From positions 657,026 to 721,025 of the forward strand of contig CAVUEQ010000001.1 in assembly GCA_963740635.1 (NCBI GenBank): a stretch of 64,000 nt of DNA, in the 5' to 3' direction. The notes under the pieces were generated by a model, which saw nothing but the letters and a program-made list of their open reading frames with translations, did no database searches and had not been told where the DNA came from. Shown one piece after another: positions 44,326 to 52,616 of this stretch (position 1 is the first letter of the stretch; each line of letters opens with the position of its first letter). The stretch is from an uncultured bacterium (GTDB taxonomy: Bacteria > Patescibacteriota > Saccharimonadia > UBA4664). A program made the translations under genes and the position numbers.

Positions 44326-46848
44326 TTACCGCGCCGCCAGCCTCGTGGCTTGTTCGAGGCGCATGGAGATGAGGTGAGAGGTGTGGTGCTCGCCCATGGT
44401 GACGCCGAAGAGGGTTTTGGCGGCCTGCATGGTTTGGCGGTTGTGGGTGATGACGATTAGTTGGGAGAATTGCTCGAGCTCGCCGAGAATGGTGGCGAGG
44501 CGGCCGGAGTTGGCTTCGTCGAGGGCGGCGTCGATTTCGTCGAGGACAACGAAAGGGCTGGGGTTGACCTTCATGATGGCGGCAATGAGGGCGACGCCGG
44601 CCAGGGCTCTCTCGCCGCCGGAAAGGGCCGCGATGGTGGCGAGGCGCTTGCCTTTGGGGCTGGCTTTGATGTTGATGCCGTAGGTGCCGTCTTCGGATTC
44701 GGTGAGCTCGAGGGAGGCGTTGCCGCCTTCGAAGAGACGTGTGAAGTAGGCGCTGAATTGCTCGGCGAGCCGAGAGAAGTTGTCGTGGAAACGGGTTTTG
44801 ATGGTGGCGTCGAGGCGGGAGACGAGGGTGAGGAGGTCGGATTCGGCGCGCTCGAGGTCGGCGATTTGGGCGGCGAGCTCGGCGTCCCGGGCGGTAACTT
44901 CCTGGTATTGGGCGAGCTGCTCTTGATAGACCTGGGTGCGGGCTTCGAGCAGGGCCTCGGCGCGGGCGAGGCGGTCGGTGAGGTCGGGGAGGGATGCGGA
45001 TTGGAATTGTGGCTGGTCTGGGCCGGTGGCGGTGGCGGGTGCGGCCTCGGGGGAGATGCCCCAGGCTATGGCCTGGCGGGTGACGGCCGCGAGCTCGCGG
45101 GCGGCGGTGGTGCGGGCAGTACGGAGGGCGGACTGGGACTCGGCGAGGGTTTGGAGCTGAGTCTTGATGCGCTCGAGGTCGGCGAGCCGGCGGCTGCCCT
45201 CAGCGATGGCGGCGGATTGGTCTGAGAGATTGGGCAGCTGGGCGCGCTCGGCGTCGAGGGCGGCGGTGTCGGATTGGAGTTTGGCGGCGGCTTGGGCTTC
45301 GCGAGTACGAAGACGCGGGAGGGATTCGGCGGCGCGCTTGAGAGGGGTGAGCTCGGATTTGAGCTCCCCCAGGCGGGCTTCGAGGCGTTCGACCTGACTG
45401 AGCTGGTAGGCCAGGTCGATCTCGAGCGAGCTGCCGGCGATGGCCAGGTTGGTCTGGTGCTCGACGGCAGTGTCGCGCTTGGTCATGGCGGCTTCGAGCC
45501 GCTTTTGGGATGTGCCAAGCTCGGCCGCGAGGCCGTCTGAGCTGATGCGGGTGGCGTGGCTGAGCAGGCGGCCGGCCTTGTGGACCAGGAGCTTGACCTG
45601 GCTGTGGTCGAGCTGTGGGGTGCCGAGGCCGGCGGCGAGGGTCTTGAGGATATGGAGAGCGTTGTGGAGGTAGGCGTCGCGGGCGTCGCTGCCGGCATCT
45701 TTGCGGACGGCAATGAGCGCGGCCTGGGCGGCAGCAACGGATTTACCGGCGGCGTCGACGGCGGCGCGGGCACGGGCCGTGGCCTCGGCGTTGCCGGCGA
45801 GCTCGGCGCGCAGGTCGGTGAGGCGCTCCTGAGCCTCGGCCAGCTCGGTGGCGGCATGGGTGAGACGGCTGCTGGCCTGCTTGGCCATCTCGGCGTCGCG
45901 GACGGCGGCTGATACGGCCGATTGGGCTTCGTGGAGGGCGGCGGCGGAGCGGTCGCGGGATTGCTCGAGCGCCGAGAGGTGGGATTGGAGGCGGACGAGG
46001 CGCTGGGCGGCCTGAGCCTCGGCGCGTTCGGCACGGCGGCCGGCTTGCTCGAGGGCGTGCCTCTCGTGGCGCAGGTTGTGGGCGCCCTGGGCTGCGCCCT
46101 CGAGCCCGGAGGCCGCGGCGGCTGCGGCTGAGTTCCAGTGGGCGTAGGCCGCGGCCGACACGGCGGCGCGCAAGGCGGCCACTTCGGCCTCGAGACGCTC
46201 GCGCTCGCCGGCCGCGCCCACGGTGGTCTCGAGCGAGCCGAGGCGCGGCGCCAGTTCGCCGGCGATGTCGCGCAGCCGCGTGAGGTTGGCGGCGGTGGCG
46301 TTGAGTCTGCGCAGCGCCGCCTCGCGACCTAGCTCGGGTCCGCGGATGCCGGCGGCCTCGTCGAACAGCAGTTTGCGCTCGGCAGGCGTACTCATCAGCA
46401 TGTTGTCGATCATTCCCTGCCCGATCACCGCGTAGGTGTTGGCGCCCACTCCGGCCTGGGCCAGCAGCGATTGGATGTCGCTCAAACGCACGCTGCGGCC
46501 GGCCAGACGGTAGTCGGTCTCGCCGCTGCGGTACATGCGGCGGGCGATTTCGACCTGGGTGAGGTCGAGCGGGAACGCGCCGTCTTCATTATCAAATAAG
46601 AGCACCACTTCGGCATAACTGGCCCGGGGTTTAGTGTCGTTGCCGGCAAACACGACCTCTTCGCGGCCGCCCTCCAGCCGCAGGCGGTTTTTACCCTGCT
46701 CACCCAGCGCCCAGCGGACGGCGTCGGCCAGGTTGCTTTTGCCGGAGCCATTGGGCCCGACGATAGCCGTAATGCCGCGCTCAAGATCGATAACGGTCTT
46801 GCCGGCAAACGATTTGAACCCGGTTACGGTTACGCGACTAAGATACAC
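44326..46848 (-). CDS. smc: SMC-family ATPase, unusually short (840 aa), with no recognisable hinge
   Basis: GTG start with GGGGAG SD. N-head FKSFAGKTVIDLERGITAIVGPNGSGKSNLADAVRWALGEQ. C-head LSGGERALAGVALIAAI...FVVLDEIDAALD. The middle ~500 aa are Ala-rich coiled coil. Confidence 0.8.
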   Translation of the reverse strand: MYLSRVTVTGFKSFAGKTVIDLERGITAIVGPNGSGKSNLADAVRWALGEQGKNRLRLEGGREEVVFAGNDTKPRASYAEVVLLFDNEDGAFPLDLTQVEIARRMYRSGETDYRLAGRSVRLSDIQSLLAQAGVGANTYAVIGQGMIDNMLMSTPAERKLLFDEAAGIRGPELGREAALRRLNATAANLTRLRDIAGELAPRLGSLETTVGAAGERERLEAEVAALRAAVSAAAYAHWNSAAAAAASGLEGAAQGAHNLRHERHALEQAGRRAERAEAQAAQRLVRLQSHLSALEQSRDRSAAALHEAQSAVSAAVRDAEMAKQASSRLTHAATELAEAQERLTDLRAELAGNAEATARARAAVDAAGKSVAAAQAALIAVRKDAGSDARDAYLHNALHILKTLAAGLGTPQLDHSQVKLLVHKAGRLLSHATRISSDGLAAELGTSQKRLEAAMTKRDTAVEHQTNLAIAGSSLEIDLAYQLSQVERLEARLGELKSELTPLKRAAESLPRLRTREAQAAAKLQSDTAALDAERAQLPNLSDQSAAIAEGSRRLADLERIKTQLQTLAESQSALRTARTTAARELAAVTRQAIAWGISPEAAPATATGPDQPQFQSASLPDLTDRLARAEALLEARTQVYQEQLAQYQEVTARDAELAAQIADLERAESDLLTLVSRLDATIKTRFHDNFSRLAEQFSAYFTRLFEGGNASLELTESEDGTYGINIKASPKGKRLATIAALSGGERALAGVALIAAIMKVNPSPFVVLDEIDAALDEANSGRLATILGELEQFSQLIVITHNRQTMQAAKTLFGVTMGEHHTSHLISMRLEQATRLAAR

Positions 46849-46899
46849 ATTAACTCCCCACCATTAGCATTATTGTATCAGGTGAAAATATTGGACGGA

Positions 46900-47222
46900 G
46901 GCGGGCAGTAAGCCAAGATTGACGAACGCCATGTCCCGCGGCGTTGCGGGACATGGCGCTTCGTCTGGGTGCCAAACTCATACTAGGGCACCCAGGCGCG
47001 TGGCCGCGGCGGATTAGGCCGTAGCGGCATGGGGAGAACGGGACGAATGCAGCGGGCAGCCGCTCGCCCGGCGGCGCCGGCTTGCCCTGGCGGTTCCAGC
47101 GCGGTTACGCACACGCGTCCTCGTTTATTTGAAGGAGGGAGCACCCCTCAGGTTCGTTTCAGACGGATTTGGGGGTTGCTTAAGTTCGTTATACCATAAG
47201 CATTAAGGATTTGGCCAGAAAA
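46900..47222. other. ORF-free, GC-rich, highly self-complementary spacer (candidate structured RNA, family unassigned)
   Basis: No ORF of 60 aa or more on either strand. There is a ~20-bp hairpin at 46921-46965 (GACGAACGCCATGTCCCGC...GCGGGACATGGCGCTTCGTC), a second at 46966-46994 (TGGGTGCC-N12-GGCACCCA) and further GC stems. Confidence 0.35.
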
Positions 47223-47918
47223 TCAGGCTTTGACCCGGGCTAGGTTCTTGAGCGCGGCGGCAGCAGCTTCTTGCTGGCCGGCCTGCTTGCTGGAGCCGGA
47301 GCCCTGGCCATACAGGGTGTCGCCCACGTACACGCCGATGGTGAAGGTTTTGTCGTGGTCGGGGCCGGCTTCGTCCATGACTTTGTAACCCGGCGTGAGT
47401 CCGAAGCGCTCCTGGGCCAGCTCCTGGAATTTGCTCTTGGGGTCCATCCAGGTACCAGTCTCGAGGATTTCGGGCAGGCGCGATATGATGTGTCCGGTGA
47501 TGAATTTCTTGGCGGTGTCGTAGCCCTGGTCCAGATATGCGGCGCCGATAATCGCCTCCACGGCGTTGGCCGAAATGAGCGCGTGCGAGCGGGAGTTACC
47601 CTTGGATTCGCCCCGGCTGAGCTTGAAGTGCCCGGCGATCTGGAGCTTTTCGGCCACGGCCGCCAGCGACTCGGTCTTCACCAGCGCCGAGCGCCAGTTG
47701 GTGAGGTCGCCCTCGGGATTGGAATAGTTACGGTAGAGGTAATCGGTGACGACCAGCTCGAGCACGGCGTCGCCGAGGAATTCGATGCGCTCGTTGTGCT
47801 CCAGGCCGGGCTTGGGGTGCTCGTTGAGGTAGCTGCGGTGGATGAAAGCGCGCTCGAGCAAGCTCACATCATTAAATTGGATGCCGATGCGGTCCTGGAA
47901 GTCTTGTAGCGGTTTCAT
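47223..47918 (-). CDS. rnc: Ribonuclease III
   Basis: 231-aa ORF: NERIEFLGDAVLELVV signature plus a dsRBD. Confidence 0.92.
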   Translation of the reverse strand: MKPLQDFQDRIGIQFNDVSLLERAFIHRSYLNEHPKPGLEHNERIEFLGDAVLELVVTDYLYRNYSNPEGDLTNWRSALVKTESLAAVAEKLQIAGHFKLSRGESKGNSRSHALISANAVEAIIGAAYLDQGYDTAKKFITGHIISRLPEILETGTWMDPKSKFQELAQERFGLTPGYKVMDEAGPDHDKTFTIGVYVGDTLYGQGSGSSKQAGQQEAAAAALKNLARVKA

Positions 47919-48463
47919 GCCGCGGCTCCTTGGACTTTGGCGCTGCGGGCCTTGGCCTTGGGATTCGGGAGCGAGTGCTGCAGCTTGGTGAGGCCCAGGC
48001 GGAACAGGCGCTCAGTGTCGCGGTATTCGATGAGCCCCAGGGCCTTGTCGGCCGGGAACCATTTGGCGTCCACGATGCCTTCCGAATCTTCGGGGATTAC
48101 GGCGTCGGTGTTGCCGAGCGCCTCCATGAGGAACACGTGAGTGGTCATGAAGATGAGTTTGCCCTCCTTGCGGTAGAAAAAGTGCAGTTTATCGAGCTTG
48201 TCGCCGAGGCGGAAACGGGTGAGGCCGGTTTCTTCGGCGACCTCGCGCAGGGCGGTCTGCTCCAGGCTTTCGCCGGCTTCTACGTGGCCCTTGGGGATGG
48301 TCCAGCGGCCGAGGCGGTCCTGGATCATCAGGATCTCGACGCCGTCACCGGGCACGCGGCGGTACACCACGCCCCCGGCGGTGTATTCGCGGACGGCTTT
48401 ACCGGCGCGGTTATTTTTCGGTTTGGTCTGCCGGTTTGGCCGGCGGTTCTTCTTCTGGTTCAT
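47915..48463 (-). CDS. NUDIX hydrolase
   Basis: Nudix box [22 protein letters not shown]. Start placed at the internal Met (MNQKKNRR). The start is uncertain and the gene overlaps the nusB 3' end. Confidence 0.75.
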   Translation of the reverse strand: MNQKKNRRPNRQTKPKNNRAGKAVREYTAGGVVYRRVPGDGVEILMIQDRLGRWTIPKGHVEAGESLEQTALREVAEETGLTRFRLGDKLDKLHFFYRKEGKLIFMTTHVFLMEALGNTDAVIPEDSEGIVDAKWFPADKALGLIEYRDTERLFRLGLTKLQHSLPNPKAKARSAKVQGAAA

Positions 48464-48887
48464 AAAATTCGCTATTCCGGTAAATGGTCCCCAGCACGCC
48501 GTTGATGAATTTGCTGGAGTTTTCGCCGCCGAAGGTTTTGGCCAGCTCAACGGCTTCGTTGATGGCCACCTTCGGCGGCACGTCGCGCTTGATCATCAGC
48601 TCGTAAACGCCGATGCGCAGGACGATTTTGTCGATCTTGGCTATTTGCTCCACCGGCCATTCAGGAGCGGCCGGACCGATGATGCCGTCGATCTCGGCCT
48701 GGTGCTTGTGCACACCGTCCACCACGTCCTCCACGAAATTCGTGTCGTCGATGCTGGAGCGGAACTCGTCGAGATTGCGCTGCAGAATGGGCGCGAGCTC
48801 GAGTTCGGTTTGGTCGCCGGCCCGAAAATCGTGCTCGTAGAGCGTTTGCATGGCCACGATGCGGCCGAGGTGTCGGTTGGAAGCCAT
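48411..48887 (-). CDS. nusB: Transcription antitermination factor NusB
   Basis: 158-aa ORF: [10 protein letters not shown]...[16 protein letters not shown]...[15 protein letters not shown]. Confidence 0.88.
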   Translation of the reverse strand: MASNRHLGRIVAMQTLYEHDFRAGDQTELELAPILQRNLDEFRSSIDDTNFVEDVVDGVHKHQAEIDGIIGPAAPEWPVEQIAKIDKIVLRIGVYELMIKRDVPPKVAINEAVELAKTFGGENSSKFINGVLGTIYRNSEFYEPEEEPPAKPADQTEK

Positions 48888-48897
48888 TGGGTAGAGC

Positions 48898-49065
48898 TTA
48901 AGCCTTCTTAGCTGTTTTGAGCAAGCCGAGTTCGGCGGCTTTCTTGAGACGGCGCGGGACTTCTGCCCCGGTAGAGGCGCGGACGAGCTGCACCGGCTCG
49001 AGGGCGAGGTGCGAGCGGCGCTGACCCTGGACGGTCCTGGTAGTACGTTTCTTAGGTACGGCCAC
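48898..49065 (-). CDS. rpmF: 50S ribosomal protein L32
   Basis: GTG start at 49065 with AAAGGAAA upstream. [19 protein letters not shown]. Confidence 0.85.
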   Translation of the reverse strand: MAVPKKRTTRTVQGQRRSHLALEPVQLVRASTGAEVPRRLKKAAELGLLKTAKKA

Positions 49066-49528
49066 GCTTGTTTCCTTTCGTGATACGCGCCCGGCTGCCA
49101 ACGCGCGCGCTGTCGTGTGTTTCCTTAGTATACTTGGTCGCAACGCCTGTGATGCCCGGGCAGTCGGGCCGGTCAAGGACCTGGAGCGGGATGTCGAGGA
49201 TGAGCTCCTGAGCGATTAGAGCGGCGAGGTCGATAACGCCATCGGTTATGGGCATCTGGTCGTCGCCGGGAGCTTCCGCGTATTCCTGGGCCAGGTCTAC
49301 TTGGGTGGGGCGCGCAAAAGTGCTTAAACAACGGTGGCATTCGAGCTCAATTTCGGTCGAAACGTGCCCTTTTAGGAGCAAGCTCGAATCGAGGCGCGAG
49401 ATTACAATCTCCCCCTCTATATCCCGGGTCAGCTTGATGCCTTCCAGATGCGGGCGTTCACCCGCTATCTTGTACGCCTCACTAAACCCGACCGATTCAA
49501 CTAGAATGTCGCGAACGTTGATGTGCAT
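49052..49528 (-). CDS. yceD: YceD/DUF177 family protein
   Basis: 158-aa ORF preceding rpmF. Pattern ...LECHRCL...D...P.D. Confidence 0.75.
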   Translation of the reverse strand: MHINVRDILVESVGFSEAYKIAGERPHLEGIKLTRDIEGEIVISRLDSSLLLKGHVSTEIELECHRCLSTFARPTQVDLAQEYAEAPGDDQMPITDGVIDLAALIAQELILDIPLQVLDRPDCPGITGVATKYTKETHDSARVGSRARITKGNKRGRT

Positions 49529-49586
49529 AGCACTCTTGCACGCGATTATATCTTATTTTGTGGTATGTGGCAACTGTTTAGGGCCG

Positions 49587-50478
49587 GGCTCATTCAACTA
49601 AAACGGAACAAGCACTAGAATCAAGTTGCGGAAACAACTAAAGCTAGGAGGCCTGTCCCGTGTATACGGTACTCGATTTACCCGTAGATGACTACGGATG
49701 CGTCCAAATAATCATCAATCATATCTTTCCTGAGGGCGCCCGGTGTCCCTGGAAGCATCACCCAGGTATTTGCCTGAGAGAGAAGTATCTGTGGTGCCGA
49801 AGCTGCCGTCGCAAGTGGAGCCTCAAAAAGATGCTGGGCTTTGGGTACGCCAAGCTCAGCTGGCGGCAGATCCTGGCGCTTGTCCTGGGCTGGGTGCGTA
49901 AACTTTCACCGGGTGACATCCTGGGCATGGTAGGCACCAGCTACGAAACCATCCAGCGGTGGTTGGAACGGCTGCGCAAGCGATTGCCAGAGGATGCCGG
50001 CAAGCTGGCCGGATTGGTCGAAATAGACCAATCATATCTGGGGCGCAAGAAGCACGGCAACCAAGTGCTCGTCATGGGCGTGGTGGACCGCGAGACTGAC
50101 GAGGTTCGCATCCGCGTCATCCCCGACATGGAGCAAGACAGCGTCGAGGGCTTCCTAGACGACTGGGTCGAGCCGGAAACCTTGATTCATGCCGACGCTC
50201 ACGCCTCACATTTAAGCCTGGAGGACGTGGGTTACGGCCTCGTGTTGTGCAACCACGACCGAGGCCACTTTGGTCCCACGAACCGGATTGAGGGTGTCTG
50301 GAGTAGTTTTGACAGGTTTGTTATTCGTACCCGGGTCCAATTCCTAAAGCGATCCTTGCCTGGGTTACTGCAGGAGTACTGTGCGCGGAGAAACCGCCCA
50401 GAACTCTTTACGGACCCGCTAACATTCCTTACCCTTACAAGTAACTTGACCTAGTGTTCCGTTTTCGTGGAATGAGCC
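49587..50478 (+). mobile_element. Complete IS1595-family (ISXO2-like) insertion sequence, 892 bp, with an 8-bp target-site duplication
   Basis: IRL is GGCTCATTCAACTAAAACGGAACA (49587-49610). The reverse complement of IRR (50455-50478) is GGCTCATTCCACGAAAACGGAACA, 22/24 identical. Direct repeat TAGGGCCG at 49579-49586 and 50479-50486. Confidence 0.85.
49660..50454 (+). CDS. IS1595-family DDE transposase
   Basis: 264-aa ORF with a GTG start after AGGAGG. N-terminal Zn-ribbon CPWK...CRSCRRKWS. ISXO2-like core IDQSYLGRKKHGNQVLVMGVVDRE...IHADAHASH. Confidence 0.85.
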   Translation: MYTVLDLPVDDYGCVQIIINHIFPEGARCPWKHHPGICLREKYLWCRSCRRKWSLKKMLGFGYAKLSWRQILALVLGWVRKLSPGDILGMVGTSYETIQRWLERLRKRLPEDAGKLAGLVEIDQSYLGRKKHGNQVLVMGVVDRETDEVRIRVIPDMEQDSVEGFLDDWVEPETLIHADAHASHLSLEDVGYGLVLCNHDRGHFGPTNRIEGVWSSFDRFVIRTRVQFLKRSLPGLLQEYCARRNRPELFTDPLTFLTLTSNLT

Positions 50479-50533
50479 TAGGGCCGGCCGGCTGTGCGGC
50501 TGCAGCATGGGAAATTATCGCGTGTCTGTTTTT

Positions 50534-50565
50534 AGGTATGTTATATATGCATATAATTTATACCT
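50534..50565. repeat. 32-bp AT-rich palindromic element, copy 2
   Basis: AGGTAT-GTTAT-ATATGCATAT-AATTT-ATACCT, followed by ATTTTT. Confidence 0.8.
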
Positions 50566-50617
50566 ATTTTTGGGGAAATGATTTTTCCCGAAATGTGGGG
50601 GTGCTCGTGTCGGTGCT

Positions 50618-51250
50618 TTAGAAGGAGAATTCTTCCAAGCTCGGAATAACACGTTTGACGCCGGCTTTGATAAATTGCGGGGCCGTGACGTGGCCGGTGG
50701 TGACGGCGACGAAATCGAGGCCGGCGCCGGTAGCAGCGCGGTAATCGGCCAGCGAATCGCCGATGTAAGTGATGTTCTGCTTGATGCCGGCCTGGGCCAG
50801 GCGTGCCAGCATGGGCTTGAAGACGGCGGGGTCTGGCTTGTGGACGGTGGTGTCCTCCATGGTCTGGATGAAGACGAAATCGGCCAAGTTGAAACCGAGC
50901 CGCTCGAGGTCAGCGTGGACGACGCGGTTGCTCGTGGCGGTCAGAATGCTGAGCAACACGCCGGCCTCGTGCAAGCGTGTCACCGCGTCGAGCGCGCCGG
51001 GTTGAAGTACGAGGGGGAATTCGTGCTCGCGGGCAAGTTTCGCGTTGACCATGTTCTCGAGAGTGTCGGAATTTTGGAAGAAAATCCCGTGAAGATCGGT
51101 GTATGGTTTGCCCCAGTGCTCGCGGACGGTGGCTTCTGAGAGGTCGATGCCATATGAATCTTTGGCCACAGCTTGCCAATGCTTGACCTTGATGTCGTAG
51201 GTCTTCACGAGGGTGTCGTCGAAATCGAAAATGACGGCTTTGGCTTTCAT
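50618..51250 (-). CDS. HAD-superfamily hydrolase
   Basis: Start MKAKAVIFDFDDTLV at 51250 (ATGA overlap with the upstream gene). The upstream part of track ORF 50618..51565 is a shadow. Confidence 0.8.
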   Translation of the reverse strand: MKAKAVIFDFDDTLVKTYDIKVKHWQAVAKDSYGIDLSEATVREHWGKPYTDLHGIFFQNSDTLENMVNAKLAREHEFPLVLQPGALDAVTRLHEAGVLLSILTATSNRVVHADLERLGFNLADFVFIQTMEDTTVHKPDPAVFKPMLARLAQAGIKQNITYIGDSLADYRAATGAGLDFVAVTTGHVTAPQFIKAGVKRVIPSLEEFSF

Positions 51251-51960
51251 AATGGCTTCGCGAAGGGCAAAAGATGAAGTGCGAACGACCACGCCATGGC
51301 CAGCGGGATCCAGAGAGTGAGCGTGATGGCGAGGGCGCGCAGGTGCCGGCGGTGGGCCCGGCGGGGCGAGCGGATGGTGTCGTAGGTGATGAGTTTGAGC
51401 TCGGGGACGGCCATGTAAATGACCTGCAGGACCAGCCAGTAGACCGGCAGGAAACCGGCCGCGCCCAGCAGAAATGCGCGCGTGATGGGCAATTGCGTGG
51501 CCAGGAAGCTGAGCGCGCCGCCGGCCAGGGCGGCCAGCCAGCCGAATTCCTCCAGTTGCGCCCACACGTAGCGGCGGGCCTGGCCGAGGCGCTGATCGTG
51601 CGTGACGGTGCCTTCGGTGTAGCTGGCCGGATGTTCGCCGCCCATGAAAGTGTGGTCGCCCCGAGCTGGAGCCGGCCGGTCACCGGCACTGGCGGCGCGG
51701 GTACTGGTGCGCTGTGTGCGGGCGGCTGCGTCGGCGGCGGAGTCGCGGCGGCGGTCAACCCGAAGCCGGTCGGAGGCATTACTCAGGATGGTATAGGCCC
51801 GGGTGAGGCGCTCCATGTCTTTGGGGTTGCCGCCGGCGTCGGGATGCGCCTTCTTGGCCCGGGCGCGGTAGGACTTGCGGATTTGGTCGGCCGTGGCTCC
51901 GCGCGACACGCCGAGCACGGCGTACGGATCGATTTCGGGATCGACGACGGGGATGGCCAC
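51247..51960 (-). CDS. J-domain (DnaJ-like) membrane protein
   Basis: GTG start at 51960. DPYAVLGVSRGATADQIRKSYRARAKKAHPDAGG (HPD motif), then a disordered linker and four TM helices. Confidence 0.7.
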   Translation of the reverse strand: MAIPVVDPEIDPYAVLGVSRGATADQIRKSYRARAKKAHPDAGGNPKDMERLTRAYTILSNASDRLRVDRRRDSAADAAARTQRTSTRAASAGDRPAPARGDHTFMGGEHPASYTEGTVTHDQRLGQARRYVWAQLEEFGWLAALAGGALSFLATQLPITRAFLLGAAGFLPVYWLVLQVIYMAVPELKLITYDTIRSPRRAHRRHLRALAITLTLWIPLAMAWSFALHLLPFAKPL

Positions 51961-52613
51961 TAGAGATCCTTCAATACCGCCGGCGTGAAATCGGTGAGCG
52001 AACCGAGCACCAAGTCGGAAATTACAAAACGCTTGTCGTTTTTCATTTTGGCGTCGGGGACGGCAACGCATTTCATTTTGGCGGCCTTGGCCGAGAGCAC
52101 GCCGTTGGGCGAATCCTCAAACGCCAGGCAGTCGGTTGGATGCACGCCGAGGTTCTTGGCGGCTGAAATATACACACCGGGATGGGGTTTTCCATAAGGC
52201 TCATGCTCCGCCGATTGCACCACTTTTATGTCTTTGTCGAACCCGGATTTATCGAGGAAGGCTTGGATGATGGCCGTCTGCGAGGAGCTGGCGATGGCCA
52301 TGGGCAGGCCGGCCTCGGCCACCATGCGCACGACGTCGGATGCGCCCGGCTGCAACTCGCCCTTCTCGCGGATGAGCTCGATGACGCCGTTAATAAGCAG
52401 CTCGTTGACCTCGTCCTGAGAGGGCCCCGTCCACGGGTGGCGCTTGTACCAGTAATGTACGACTTCATCAGAGCGCAGGCCCATGGTCTGTTTGGTGGTT
52501 TCGTGAGTGAGTGGCACGCCGACCGATTTGAAGGTGCGCAGCTCCACTTCCTCCCAGAGCGGCTCGCTGTCGATCAGCAGCCCGTCCATATCAAAAATGA
52601 CGGCCTTGATCAT
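51960..52613 (-). CDS. HAD-superfamily phosphatase (beta-phosphoglucomutase/sugar-phosphatase subfamily)
   Basis: 217-aa ORF: IKAVIFDMDGLLIDSEPLW...ASSS...KPHPGVY...FEDSPNGV. Confidence 0.85.
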   Translation of the reverse strand: MIKAVIFDMDGLLIDSEPLWEEVELRTFKSVGVPLTHETTKQTMGLRSDEVVHYWYKRHPWTGPSQDEVNELLINGVIELIREKGELQPGASDVVRMVAEAGLPMAIASSSQTAIIQAFLDKSGFDKDIKVVQSAEHEPYGKPHPGVYISAAKNLGVHPTDCLAFEDSPNGVLSAKAAKMKCVAVPDAKMKNDKRFVISDLVLGSLTDFTPAVLKDL

Positions 52614-52616
52614 TGG

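Noticed and set aside
46849-47222. Assigning the rnc-smc spacer to RNase P RNA, tmRNA or SRP RNA.
   Set aside because: I found no GGAAAGUCC / ACAGAAxCCGGCUUA pair (only a lone GGCUUA). I found no GGUUCGAxUCC T-arm with an ACCA end, and no GGAAGCAGCC SRP domain-IV motif on either strand. It is kept only as an unassigned structured region.
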